From: Thecamonas trahens ATCC 50062
Lineage: Eukaryota; Protista; Apusomonadida
DNA: 64,000 nt
Assembly (NCBI RefSeq): GCF_000142905.1
Contig: NW_013657665.1
Location: forward strand, 374,039 to 438,038
Direction: 5' to 3'
The number at the start of each line of letters is the position of its first letter. Positions within the stretch are counted from its first letter, which is position 1. The notes beneath the pieces were generated by a model. That model saw only the letters and a program-made list of their open reading frames with translations. It was not told where the DNA came from and searched no databases. Shown one piece after another: positions 44,166 to 54,765 of the stretch. Position numbers and translations under genes: made by a program.

Positions 44166-46557
44166 ATGCCACGACGGCGATGGGGTGAGCCCGCAGACGG
44201 AACCGAGCAGGGTGCAGCAGGCGTGTCGGTCACAGGCCGCATCCATGCGCACCCGTCGCCGCCTCAGGCGCCCAGGCCGCCGGCCGCGTCGTCGGCTCGG
44301 CACGGCCACAGCCACCAACAACGGTCCTCCCGGCGGAACCAGCACCACGCCGCATCGTCGGGCCATCCGGGCGCAGACGCCACACCTGGCGGGCAACGAG
44401 CAGCGGGCGGTGACCAGGTCCTCATTCCGGCGCCGCGGAAGCACAGATCAAAGTCGGGCGTACCCAACTCGGGCAAATCGCCCGGGCAGAGTCCGCGGAC
44501 AAGGCGGGTGGCGGCGGTGAGGCGGAACACCCGCGGTTCGGGCGGCAAGGCGCGCGCAGGCCAGAGAGAGCCAAGGGCGCCGGCGCCGAGGGCGCGCGGC
44601 AGAGTTGGCGGCGGGAGCGCGCGGGCGCACGGCGGCGATGACACTGCCTATTACGCCTTTTACAAGAAGCAGCTGCAGAACTCGCTCTCTGGAAGCGGGG
44701 CGATGGCCGGCGGCGGTGGGGCAAATANNNNNNNNNNNNNNNNNNNNNNNNNNNNNNNNNNNNNNNNNNNNNNNNNNNNNNNNNNNNNNNNNNNNNNNNN
44801 NNNNNNNNNNNNNNNNNNNNNNNNNNNGCGATGACACTGCCTATTACGCCTTTTACAAGAAGCAGCTGCAGAACTCGCTCTCTGGAAGCGGGGCGATGGC
44901 CGGCGGCGGTGGGGCCAGCGGCGGTGTAAGTGGTGGCCGGCGGCGGCAGCGGCGGCGGACCGACGAGACCGGAGATACCCAGTCGGCCGACCCGTCAGTG
45001 AGCTCGGACGAGCTGCTGGAGATGGACGCCGGTGCCGTGGCGGGCTCGGGCTCGCTCCGCCGCCGACGCAACAAGCAGCGGTCTCAGTGGGGCAGCGGCC
45101 GTGACGACGAGCAGCTCTTTCGCGGGACAACCGGCGACCCGCATGCCATGGCCGCGCAGTCGCTGGCCGCGGCCTCGCCGCTCCATGCAGCCCAGCCGTT
45201 GGTCTCGCCGCAATGGGGCTCACCGCGGGCAGCTCTTGCAGCGCAGGAAGCCGGCACTACCTTCCGCAACGCGGCCGCCGACGCCTACTCGCCCTACGCA
45301 GTCTTCACCGCCAACATGGACCCTGCCCTGCTCGGCGGCGCACCCAGGGTGGTCCACGACCCCCCGCCGATCCCACCCGACGCTCCGGCCCATCTGTGGC
45401 AGGCCACCACTCGCCCACATGCGTATGCTGCGCCGGCCCCGCCTCCGCTCGATGTCACACTCGAGGCTGCGTACCGCAGGCGTGAGGATGAGCAAGCTGC
45501 ACGCCGCCGCCGCCGCCGTAAGCGCGCCGCCGCCGAGCAGATCGAGCGCTCCACCCAGCGGCTTGCCTCAACAGGAGATCTGCTCTCGCCAGAGGCTTCG
45601 CGCGAGAATTTGCACGCCGACAGCAACTCAACTGCCGAGCGTGACTTCCCGCATGGTGGCGAGTCGACCGACTCGCTCCATCTACGTCGCAAGTCGCGGC
45701 GGATGTCAACGGTCTCGGCCATCTCCGAGGCCATTTCGCGCGAGCCGTCACAAGTCATTGATGGCCTCGATGTCTCTGTCGACATCGGTGCCGAGACCGC
45801 GCCAGCTCGCGCCACGGCGACCAATCTCTGGTCCACACCCGACGACGAGCTGGAGCCGCAGCTCACGCCCGATCGACCGCGTGACGACCCGCCGGCTTCT
45901 GCTGGCGAGCTGCCTGGGACTCGGATGCCGCCACGGCTGCTGCCGCCCATCGATGATGAGAGCGACCCTGGTGACGGCTGGCGCGAGCGCTCGTGCTCCG
46001 ACGTCGAAGACTCGAGCGCCCACGACCTGGTCAGCGGTCGCGACTCGTGCTCAGCCTCGCCGCCAGTGTCGCAAGCCAACATCCCGATCTCCACTTTGGC
46101 CGACCTTCAACCTCACTCCCGCCACCGCAGCGACTCGGGCTCTGGCTCTCGCTCCGCCTCGGATGGCGAGGCGCGCGCTGGCTCGGATCGCCACTCATGC
46201 TCCAACCAGTCCGACTCGCGCTCTGCAGCTTTGACGGCATCTGCTTCAGCGTCGGCCGCGGGCGCGGGCTCGGACCTCTGCTTGCAATCTGGCCCAGAGG
46301 CCAGTGGTGAGGCTTCCGCACCTATCAGCGGCAGCTACAGCGGCAAGAGTGACCGCAGTAGCTGCAGGAGTGATTGCAGCCATGGCAGCGGCAGCTGCAG
46401 CAGTGGTAGCAGCAGAGAGCACGCCATGGCACGATCCAAGTCGACACCCGCCGCAAGTCTCAAGGGCAAGGGCAAGGGCAAGGGCAAGGGCAAGGGCAAG
46501 GGCAAGGGTAAGAGCAAGGGCAGAGGCAAGGAGAAAGAGGGATGTCGTGTTATGTAA
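44166..46557 (+). CDS. Low-complexity hypothetical protein with polybasic (KG)n tract and C-terminal CaaX (CRVM); spans an artefactual gap
   Basis: ORFs 44112..44834 and 44605..46557 join through a sequence duplicated on both sides of the N gap. The protein ends KGKGKG...KEKEGCRVM-stop. Confidence 0.65.
46462..46520 (+). repeat. Coding hexanucleotide microsatellite (AAGGGC)n encoding (KG)n
   Basis: Read directly. Similar tracts occur at about 35143-35186 (+), 11960-12000 (-) and, as (KA)n, 12427-12510 (-). Confidence 0.9.
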
Positions 46558-47680
46558 AACGTGAACGAGCCCGTGGCGGGGACGGCGTGGCTCGCGGCGG
46601 ACGGCCAAAGATGTGGGCAGACATGCGGGTGATGTGCTTGGCGTGGACCACGAGGGCGTCGAGCTCGTCGACGGTATAGTAGCCATCGCGCGCGGACGTT
46701 GCGCCAAACCGGGCGTGCGAGGCTCGGACAATGAGCTCAGACGCCACAGTGTGGTCGCTGGCGTGCAGCGGGTCAGTCACAGGAAGGCTGCCAAAGCCCG
46801 AGTACTCAACGAGAACGTCGTCGACGTCGAGGCGAACCAGAGAGCTCGTATGGCCGATTTCGCGGAGGAGCGCGGCATGCAGGTCCGGCGGCGTCAGTTC
46901 AAGCCGAGTAGTGCTCGGAGGAGCCTCTACATCGATGGTTACGTCCGAGACACCGGCGAGCCCGTCGGTGCGGGTGAGGATCGAGCCGAGATCGAGCAGC
47001 GAGCTGAGGTCGAGGCGGATGCGGCCGGCGACGCCGTCGCCAACTGCGAGCGTCTTGATACACGTCCCACGCGAGACGATTGTGACGTCTGAGCTCGTCG
47101 CAAGCAGAATGTCGAGTGGGAGCAGCCGCGGCGCGAGAGTGAGGACAAAGTCGCGGGCGTCAGCCACCACAACCCTGGCCACCCGCGCCGTGACCACGTA
47201 CTCGGTGTGCTTGGGCGGCGACTGCAGGACGAGGCACTCGGTGGCGTCGCTCGCCCCATGCCCTCCGCGGGTCGCGATGAGCGAGTCTGACAGCGTCCGC
47301 CCCGCGTCGCCTTGCTCTGCTACGGCGCTGGTCGCCAGCGGCGCGGCGCCGATCCGCGACGGCGCGTCGGCGAAGAAGACCGAGAGCGAGCTCTTGCCGG
47401 GAGTCGGCGAGTCGTGCGGCAAAGCCAGCAGTGGCATCGATTCATCCGCCAGCGACGATCGGCTTTTGTGCATCTCCCGCTGCATCGAGATCGCCACCGC
47501 AGCTGAGTTTGCCGCCGCCTCACCCGCGAGGATCACCAGCCGGCTTGGAGGCGCGAGCCGGTTGGCCACAGCGTGAGCTAGCGGCTGGCTGCCCACAAGC
47601 GGCAGCTCGAACAGCGCCGCCACGTCTTCAGCGCTCCGCCCATCCGGTACACTTGCGCACTGTACCATAAACGTGTCCAT
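46550..47680 (-). CDS. Hypothetical protein (376 aa)
   Basis: ATG-initiated ORF with a globular-looking composition, filling the space between flanking genes. No family recognised. Confidence 0.6.
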   Translation of the reverse strand: MDTFMVQCASVPDGRSAEDVAALFELPLVGSQPLAHAVANRLAPPSRLVILAGEAAANSAAVAISMQREMHKSRSSLADESMPLLALPHDSPTPGKSSLSVFFADAPSRIGAAPLATSAVAEQGDAGRTLSDSLIATRGGHGASDATECLVLQSPPKHTEYVVTARVARVVVADARDFVLTLAPRLLPLDILLATSSDVTIVSRGTCIKTLAVGDGVAGRIRLDLSSLLDLGSILTRTDGLAGVSDVTIDVEAPPSTTRLELTPPDLHAALLREIGHTSSLVRLDVDDVLVEYSGFGSLPVTDPLHASDHTVASELIVRASHARFGATSARDGYYTVDELDALVVHAKHITRMSAHIFGRPPRATPSPPRARSRFT

Positions 47681-48006
47681 GCCAATGGGTTGCAGCCGGC
47701 CAGTGAGGTGTAGCTATCTTGCCCCCCCCCCCCCCCCCCCCCCCTCCTCTCCCTCTCTCCCCCCCCTCCACACTGACTTGGCTCAGCCCGATCGAGCCCG
47801 CATTGCGAGACAGTCAGAAATGCGATCGGGCAAGATGGTCGGCAAGGTGTATGTAGGCAAGTGTGTAGGCGAGTGTAGGTGGTAGTGACACTGCCCAGCC
47901 GGACCATCTGCCCCCCGCCATCCTGGCCGGTCGACGCAGTCCACATCTCGGCGCCGGCTTCCGCGCACCTTACCCTTCCCCACCCCTTTCACCTGACCCC
48001 ATCACC

Positions 48007-48979
48007 ATGAAGACATACCTCTGTCTGGCGGCAGCCGCAGTGCTTGCCATTGCCACATGTGCGCTAGCGACACCGACGCCCCCCATGTGGGGCACGTGGG
48101 CGTCCCAGTTTGAGCTTGTACGTACCGCACTCCTCCCCTCCCGCCTCCTTCCACATGTTTGAAGCCGCTCTCTCCGTGCCTGCCCGTGCCGGCTGGGTTG
48201 CAACGCAAGCCGGTCACAGGTCGGCGGAGCAGATATCTATGATGGCCAAAGCCACGCAATGGCGACTCACTGCACTCACAACATCTACGTCACACACGAT
48301 GCATCTCTGTCTATCTGCTGTGGCTGCTGTGGCACGGGGTGGGGGGGGTGGGGCGGCCGGTTGCCTCTCCTCCGTTTCATTCGTCGCCTTTTTTTTTGGT
48401 TCCCTTTTCCTCCGATGGGGCGGACTGCCACGCGCACAGAAGGAGTTTAACCCTCAGGCCAACAACTGGATGACGACAACTGGCTCGTACTACTATTCAC
48501 CGTTGGCCTCGCTGGTGGCGTATGCCAACGCGAGCGCCGAGGCGTTCTGCGGCTCGACGGGGATCGGCGCCGGCACGCCATGCTACCAGCTTGCCAACTC
48601 GGACGCGCGGTTCCTGTACTTCCCAGAGGCAGGTGACTCGGACAGCGGCGAGTGCTGCAAGTGCTGCACCGTCGAGCAGGGCTGTGGGCCACTCAAGCCG
48701 TCGTGGATGGCCGATGCCTCGTTCGAGGGCACAGTGACCGCCCAGGGCGTCACCGCCGACAAGTGGCTGATTGCCGGCAACGAGGACAACTACTACTATG
48801 ACATCTCCGACTCGCACATCCCGCTCCTCCTCAACAACTCGGGCTTCCAGATCTTTGGCTTTGTTCCATCGTCGTACACCACCCTCGTCCCGATGTCAAT
48901 CTTCACCGTTCCGGACATCTGCCAGGGCTCGATCGACCAGTGCGAAGGCGTCTGCGGCCGTTTCGGCGCCAGCAACTGA
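48007..48979 (+). CDS. Secreted Cys-rich protein, probably ependymin-related (LolA-like fold); intron 48118-48439
   Basis: Signal peptide MKTYLCLAAAAVLAIATCALA; PPMWGTWASQF/...TTGSYYY...PCYQL...RFLYFPE...CCKCC...GCGPLKPSW. Confidence 0.7.
48118..48439 (+). other. Spliceosomal intron (ependymin-like gene)
   Basis: QFEL|gtacgt ... gcacag|AAG GAG TTT, phase 0. A NAGNAG acceptor is possible. Confidence 0.7.
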
Positions 48980-49446
48980 TGGTTGCCACACCCGCCCCGC
49001 GCATCCCCCCCCCCCCNNNNNNNNNNNNNNNNNNNNNNNNNNNNNNNNNNNNNNNNNNNNNNNNNNNNNNNNNNNNNNNNNNNNNNNNNNNNNNNNNNNN
49101 NNNNNNNNNNNNNNNNACCCCCCGTCACCGCTCCCGCTCCACCACTCCACACGCAAACACGCCCGACAACGGCGGGCGCATTCTTCGGCTTCCAACTCGG
49201 TACCGCTAGTCCCTATTTCGTGGCGCGCACCGTGCGTCCGCCGGGCAGACGCTCGTGCAACAACAATCGTTAGCCAACGGTCTTCTCTCGGACGCCGACT
49301 TCTGACTCACTTCCCAGCCAGACCCACCGACAGTGAGGAGGCGAGTCAGAGTCTGCGACAACGGCAGCACAGCCAATAGAAGCTTGCCGAGTGGCACTCC
49401 CCACCCCTCTCTCCCCAACCGTCACTTCCACCCTGGCCACCGCAAA

Positions 49447-52400
49447 ATGGACACGCTCCCGTCGGACGTGACGCTGGTCTGCGGCGCGGTGGTGTTGGCG
49501 GTGTGGGCTGGGGCAGGCGCATTGGCTTTTGTCTCGGACACCACGTCTGTGGTGGATGAACAGGCCAAGGCGATCCGATCGTCAGCGGTCGAGGCCGCAC
49601 AGCAGAACAAGGCTGCAGCAGCGAGCGCCAGAGACGGCGGCGACGACGCCCACCACGGCCCGGACAAGAACAAGTGGCGCAAGTGGATCCGCCGGTACCG
49701 ATGGGCCTTGCTCTCACTGACGCTCTTCTGGGAGTTCCTCCAGCTCTTTCAGCTCACCTTTACCGGCTCTGTTCCCTGGCCGCAGCCGATCAAGGACGTC
49801 CTTGCCGTCTTTGTAGTCGCCGTCAAGGGCCGCCTCGCCGTCATCATGTTTCTGGTCACTTCGGGCATCACCCTCCTGGCGCTCGGCATCTTTGCCCTCC
49901 TCGAGCACCGCATGATCCTGCGTTGGCTGAGGTGCTCGCGCTGCTGCGGGTCCTCACCTCACGCATCCGGTGACGACGATGACAGGCCCCACAAGGCGTA
50001 CGAGCCGTCGCCGCCGCACGCGGCTGCAACGCCGGCGCTCACCCCGGCTTCGCCATCTACAGGCAGTGCAAGCGGCCGAGGCAAGGCAAATGGCAAGGGC
50101 AAGGCCCAGGACAAGCCCAGGCCCAGGCCCAGGTCCAAGTCCGAGGCCAAGGGCAAGGTCAAAGGCAAGGCACCGGCCCCACCGTCGGTTGCCAAGGCCA
50201 AAGGCAACCGCGTCGTCTCGCAGTCGCTGCCGCCGCTCGACAAACGGCGGCTTGCGGCAAAAGCTAGCGGCAGCGGCAGCGGACGCGGCTCGCGGCGCAA
50301 GTCCAAAGTTGCGATCGAACAACAAGAGTCGGCCTGCTTCGCGGCCTCGGCTCCTTTGTCAGAGAGTGAGCAGATCGAAGACGTCGACTTGCTCAACGAG
50401 GGCGGCTCCGACGATGCGTCCACCCGATCGGCGTCGATCGAGTCGGACGACCTCGTAGAAATCGGCGATGCGGTCATGCTTGCCAAGAACCGCCGGCCCG
50501 GCGCCATCCGCAAGCTCCGAGCATGGTGGCACAAGTGGCGCATCATTGTGTACGAGGTCTTTGGCACGCTCCTTCTCGACATCATGTTGATGCCGTCGTC
50601 GCGACTCGCGCTCGAGATGGTCTCCTGCCGGAAAAGCATCCTTGACTCGCCTTCGCTCAACTCGTGGCCTGAGATGCGGTGCTGGGAAGGGCCGCAGCTC
50701 GGCTACGCCGTTGGGGCCATGGCCTCATATTCAATCATGTACATGGCGGCGCTCAAGTTCTCGCTGGCCGGGAACGACCTCAATCCTGAGTTTCAGTACC
50801 TCCCACGGTTCAACGTGGCGCTAATTATGGCCGAACTGTACTTTGTCATCCTCACCACTATCTTCAAGGGCCTCTCGTGGGCCATTGTCTCGGGCGTCAC
50901 ACTCGGCCTCATCCTGCTTCTCACTTCGAATATTATGCTCCAGCCTTGCCTCGGCGAGGGCTCCGTTTCCAACCATTGGCGGTCGGCATCCTTTGCTGGA
51001 TGTCTCCTCGCCGCACTCTGCTCGATTGTGCAGCGGTTGATCAACAACGACGATTCCTACGTCGTCTTTTTTGTCATGTGCGTTCTCTTTCTCCCGGTCA
51101 CCATCTCGGCGCTGCTCTTCTCGCGCTACTGGGCCCGCCGCATTGTCCGCAACCTCTTGGTCAACCTCTCCAAGCTCGACCCCGACTCACACGTCGCCGA
51201 TGCCGCCACTGCCCTCAACGGCGTGGCCAACCTCGCACTCGCGCCTGAGATGCGCAGCCTCGTCCTCGCCGACGATGGAGCGCTCATCCCCAACATGGCC
51301 CACATGCTCGCCATGGGCTCGCCTGACGTCTCACGCGCCTCGCTCCGCGTCATCTCCAACCTTGCCATGGACCCGATTGGCATGCGCCTCTTTGCCCGCT
51401 CGTCGGTTGTCCGCGGCATCATCGGCGTCCTCGAGCTTGCCAACCGCCAGTTGAGGGCTGCACCCGGCGGGCCGGCCGCGGCGCGTTCCCGCGCCCGCAC
51501 CCTCGGCGCTCGCCGCACTCGCCGAGTCAGACCCGGCGCCGTGCCACCATCGTCGTCGTCGTCACCGGCCACCATCGCAGACTCGGCCGCTCTTCTTGGC
51601 TCGGTACGTGAAGTCACCGATCTTGCCATCATGGCCATGCGTACCCTGACCAAGCTTGCCTCGGTCCCGCGCGTCAACGAGCACATGGTCGAGGACGGTG
51701 CCCACCGCATCGCGTCCAGCATCGTCCGCTCGCGCTACCATGTCGAGCACGGCCGCGTCCAGCTCGTCATTGTCGCCGTCCGGCTCATCACTCAGATTGG
51801 CTACATCGTCATCGACAAGCCCGCCATCATCAAGACCGACGCCAAGAACGTACTCCGCCTCGCCCGCGCCTACGGCAAGGCCCATCCCAATCTCACCCGT
51901 GCCGCCGTCATGTTCCTCACCGTTCTCGCAGCAAAGGGCCCCGAGGCCAACCGCCTCGAGCTCGGCAAGTACGGAGCCGTCGAGGACGCTCTTGCCATCA
52001 TGCATCGCACCACCTCGGCTGAGACCACTCGCTACGCCCTCCTCGCCATCGCCAACCTCTGTTCTACGCCCGCAAACCGCACTCGCATCCGCAGGGTCTA
52101 CCTCAACGAGATCCTCTCTTACACCCACTCGCCGCTCGCCATGGTCCGCCACCCTGCGGCAAAGCTCTGCGATCTCCTCGGCCTCGCCCATGACGTTCCA
52201 CACTCTGACTACCGCAAGCCGCACCCCGGCGCTGCCGCGCCGTCCTCGTCGTCCTCTTCCTCGTCATCGTCGTCGTCGTCCTCGTCATCGTCACTCCTCT
52301 CGCACTCGTCGTCGGCCGCCTCGTGCTCCCGCTCCGGAAAGCTCTCGCGCCGGACGTCACGTGCTGACTCGACCGCCTCGCGAAAGTCCTCCGCCACCGG

Positions 52401-52542
52401 CCTTGGCTCGGGCTCTCGCCGCGGCTCGCGCCGTCGCTCTGCAGTTGGCAAGCCGTCGCCGCTCACTACGCCTGGATCCGGGCCCGGGCCCGGGCACCGT
52501 CGCTCCCGCGGGCGTGGCCGCGGTCGTGGGCGGGGAAAGTAA
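49447..52542 (+). CDS. Multi-pass membrane protein with cytosolic armadillo-like repeats
   Basis: Several TM segments, including the loop motif C...WPEMRCWEGPQ. These are followed by ARM-like units (ALNGVANLA, SLRVISNLA, ALLAIANLC) and an S/R-rich tail. Confidence 0.75.
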   Translation: MDTLPSDVTLVCGAVVLAVWAGAGALAFVSDTTSVVDEQAKAIRSSAVEAAQQNKAAAASARDGGDDAHHGPDKNKWRKWIRRYRWALLSLTLFWEFLQLFQLTFTGSVPWPQPIKDVLAVFVVAVKGRLAVIMFLVTSGITLLALGIFALLEHRMILRWLRCSRCCGSSPHASGDDDDRPHKAYEPSPPHAAATPALTPASPSTGSASGRGKANGKGKAQDKPRPRPRSKSEAKGKVKGKAPAPPSVAKAKGNRVVSQSLPPLDKRRLAAKASGSGSGRGSRRKSKVAIEQQESACFAASAPLSESEQIEDVDLLNEGGSDDASTRSASIESDDLVEIGDAVMLAKNRRPGAIRKLRAWWHKWRIIVYEVFGTLLLDIMLMPSSRLALEMVSCRKSILDSPSLNSWPEMRCWEGPQLGYAVGAMASYSIMYMAALKFSLAGNDLNPEFQYLPRFNVALIMAELYFVILTTIFKGLSWAIVSGVTLGLILLLTSNIMLQPCLGEGSVSNHWRSASFAGCLLAALCSIVQRLINNDDSYVVFFVMCVLFLPVTISALLFSRYWARRIVRNLLVNLSKLDPDSHVADAATALNGVANLALAPEMRSLVLADDGALIPNMAHMLAMGSPDVSRASLRVISNLAMDPIGMRLFARSSVVRGIIGVLELANRQLRAAPGGPAAARSRARTLGARRTRRVRPGAVPPSSSSSPATIADSAALLGSVREVTDLAIMAMRTLTKLASVPRVNEHMVEDGAHRIASSIVRSRYHVEHGRVQLVIVAVRLITQIGYIVIDKPAIIKTDAKNVLRLARAYGKAHPNLTRAAVMFLTVLAAKGPEANRLELGKYGAVEDALAIMHRTTSAETTRYALLAIANLCSTPANRTRIRRVYLNEILSYTHSPLAMVRHPAAKLCDLLGLAHDVPHSDYRKPHPGAAAPSSSSSSSSSSSSSSSSSLLSHSSSAASCSRSGKLSRRTSRADSTASRKSSATGLGSGSRRGSRRRSAVGKPSPLTTPGSGPGPGHRRSRGRGRGRGRGK

Positions 52543-53034
52543 AGCACCATGGCATCCATGGTTGCAGGCGCATATTCTTGGTGGGAGCTGCCACGAGGCA
52601 AGTCATGTGTGCCGCCCATTCTGGCGTTTCGCAATTTTTGTCTCTCGTTTTTTTTCTCTCCTGGCCATTTGCCCGACACTCAGCCGCCAAACTTTCTGCG
52701 GCGGGCCGCGAGCCACTTTGCAGCGACAGCCGGAGACGACCACGAGGTCCCGGAGCGGGGTTGAGACGAGCACTCAACGCAGATCTCGGGGAGTAGGTAC
52801 AAGTAGTTGTACACTCTACCCGCAGCATCCTCGCGCCTTCCCTCTGCATCTTTTAGCGACTCTCTAGCGGCCGGAAGGCGGCACCACGTCGGCCACCACT
52901 TATTGCGCTGCGTCCCCCATCACAGCCCCACAGCCCACGCCGGACGCTTCTGGGCCCAATCAGCAAGCAGCGAGACCGGGAATTGGAAAGCAGTAGACAA
53001 AGCGCGTGTGTGCAAGCTGCGGAAGTATCCAAGT

Positions 53035-54765
53035 ATGGATGGAGAACTGAGCGCCGCGAGCGATACGCTCCTGGCAAGGTTTGGGCGCGCACTCGAGGTT
53101 GTGCTCGACGAGCCGCAGCGAGAGCTGGACAAGTGCAACGTGTTTGTCAAGTACCTGCCCAACGACGTCGACGACGATGTGCTGCACGCGCTGTTTGCCG
53201 GCTTTGGCGACATCGCGTCGTGCAAGGTCATGGTCGACCTTGACTCGGGCAAGTCGCTCGGCTACGGCTTTGTTCGATTTGTTCTGCCGGATGCTGCTGC
53301 CACCGCCGTCGATGCTATGTCAGGCCATCGCATCTCCAACAAGCGGTTGCTGTGCAAGCTCTCGCACTACAACCCACCCAAGGACAAACCTGCGGTGGCG
53401 CAGGATGCCGTTGTCCTCTCGCCGCTCATCGGCTCCGTCGACGCCGGCGCGCTCAAGGCTTTGCTTTGCAGATTCGGCACTATTATCCACGCCAAGGTCA
53501 TCGGCAAGAAAAAGGGAAACCCACGCCGTGGGGTTGTTCAATTCACTGGGCCGGACGCGGCGAGTGGTGCGGTCAAGGCATTGGACGGCAAGTCCGTGGC
53601 CGGCTTCTCGGCGTCAAATCTCACCGTCGCACTTGCAGAGGCGTCCCTGGTGCCCGGGACCAAGGCTGCGAGCGGCGGCGGGGCACTCAGCCGGACATCG
53701 CGCAAATGCAAGGACGCCGCCATCCTTGTCCGCCAGTTTTACGCCCACACCATCCGGCTGGTTCGCGACGGCGCGCTGCACACGCCATTGGCCCCTGTCT
53801 CCGACTATGTATCGCCGGGCACGCCCGATCCGGATCCCAAGTCTCTGGCGGGCATTGCTTCATTTCCGGAGTTGGATGGGTTCGACGCTGTGGCGCCGCT
53901 TGCCCTTCCGCTCTCGGGCGTGCTCATGGTTGTCGCCCCGCTGCATCCGCACATGGACGCCGCCGTGCTTTACGCCATGCTGGCACCGTTTGGCCTCCTT
54001 GCAGCATCGACGATTGCGCCGCTCACGCCCGACGCAGCTGCCGCGGTCAACCTGACGCCCGATGTCGGCTCGAGCAACGCGCGAATGGCGGTTGCCGTGT
54101 TCCATGCCCCGGCGGCGGCGGCCGCCGCCACCGTCGCCCTTCACGGCTACCGTCAGGGGCGAACGATTCTCTCGGCCGCCGTGCCTGACGTGCAAACAGC
54201 GACAAGCCTAGCGGCGGGTACTATCGCAGCCGTCGCCGAAGCGGCGAGCAGCGGAGGCGGAGGCGGAGGTGGCGGGGGCGGAAAGGCGCGGTCGCGGCGG
54301 CGGCGCGGAAGGCGGCGGCGCGGGCGCAACCACAGCTCGGAAGCCGGATCGCCCGAGCCGTCCCCACTCACGCCGCCGGCAACAGCCACCGCGATGACTG
54401 CATCGACAGTTGCGCCATCGGCGACGGCGGCCGCACCAGCGGTGAGCGACTTTGCCTCGTTCGCGCCACAGGCGTGCTTCCCGCCGCCGCCACAGTCGGG
54501 TATGGCTGCGGGGGTGGGCGGAGGAACGAGAGCGGGCAGCTCGAGCATCTTTCCGGACCTGGGCACAGGCGGGACGTGGGCACCCCCATCGCACGGCCTA
54601 TCACCGCTGCTGTACTCGGGCAACCCGCTGCTGGTGCCGCTGGACGTCGATGCGCTGGCGTCGGGCCCGTCGGGCCCGTCCGGCGGGCCGGCCATGGGAG
54701 CCGCCGGCAGACAGCCCGTGCTCTCCCGATACGCGCCCGCGGCGCAGCACAACCGGCGCAGCTAG
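53035..54765 (+). CDS. RRM RNA-binding protein (ELAV/PABP-like RRM1 plus two degenerate RRMs)
   Basis: RNP2 NVFVKYLP and RNP1 KSLGYGFVRF. Confidence 0.85.
   Translation: MDGELSAASDTLLARFGRALEVVLDEPQRELDKCNVFVKYLPNDVDDDVLHALFAGFGDIASCKVMVDLDSGKSLGYGFVRFVLPDAAATAVDAMSGHRISNKRLLCKLSHYNPPKDKPAVAQDAVVLSPLIGSVDAGALKALLCRFGTIIHAKVIGKKKGNPRRGVVQFTGPDAASGAVKALDGKSVAGFSASNLTVALAEASLVPGTKAASGGGALSRTSRKCKDAAILVRQFYAHTIRLVRDGALHTPLAPVSDYVSPGTPDPDPKSLAGIASFPELDGFDAVAPLALPLSGVLMVVAPLHPHMDAAVLYAMLAPFGLLAASTIAPLTPDAAAAVNLTPDVGSSNARMAVAVFHAPAAAAAATVALHGYRQGRTILSAAVPDVQTATSLAAGTIAAVAEAASSGGGGGGGGGGKARSRRRRGRRRRGRNHSSEAGSPEPSPLTPPATATAMTASTVAPSATAAAPAVSDFASFAPQACFPPPPQSGMAAGVGGGTRAGSSSIFPDLGTGGTWAPPSHGLSPLLYSGNPLLVPLDVDALASGPSGPSGGPAMGAAGRQPVLSRYAPAAQHNRRS

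Noticed and set aside
44635-44914. ~88-nt direct repeat flanking a 100-N gap
   Set aside because: This is a typical unmerged contig overlap. Collapsing it gives one continuous ORF.
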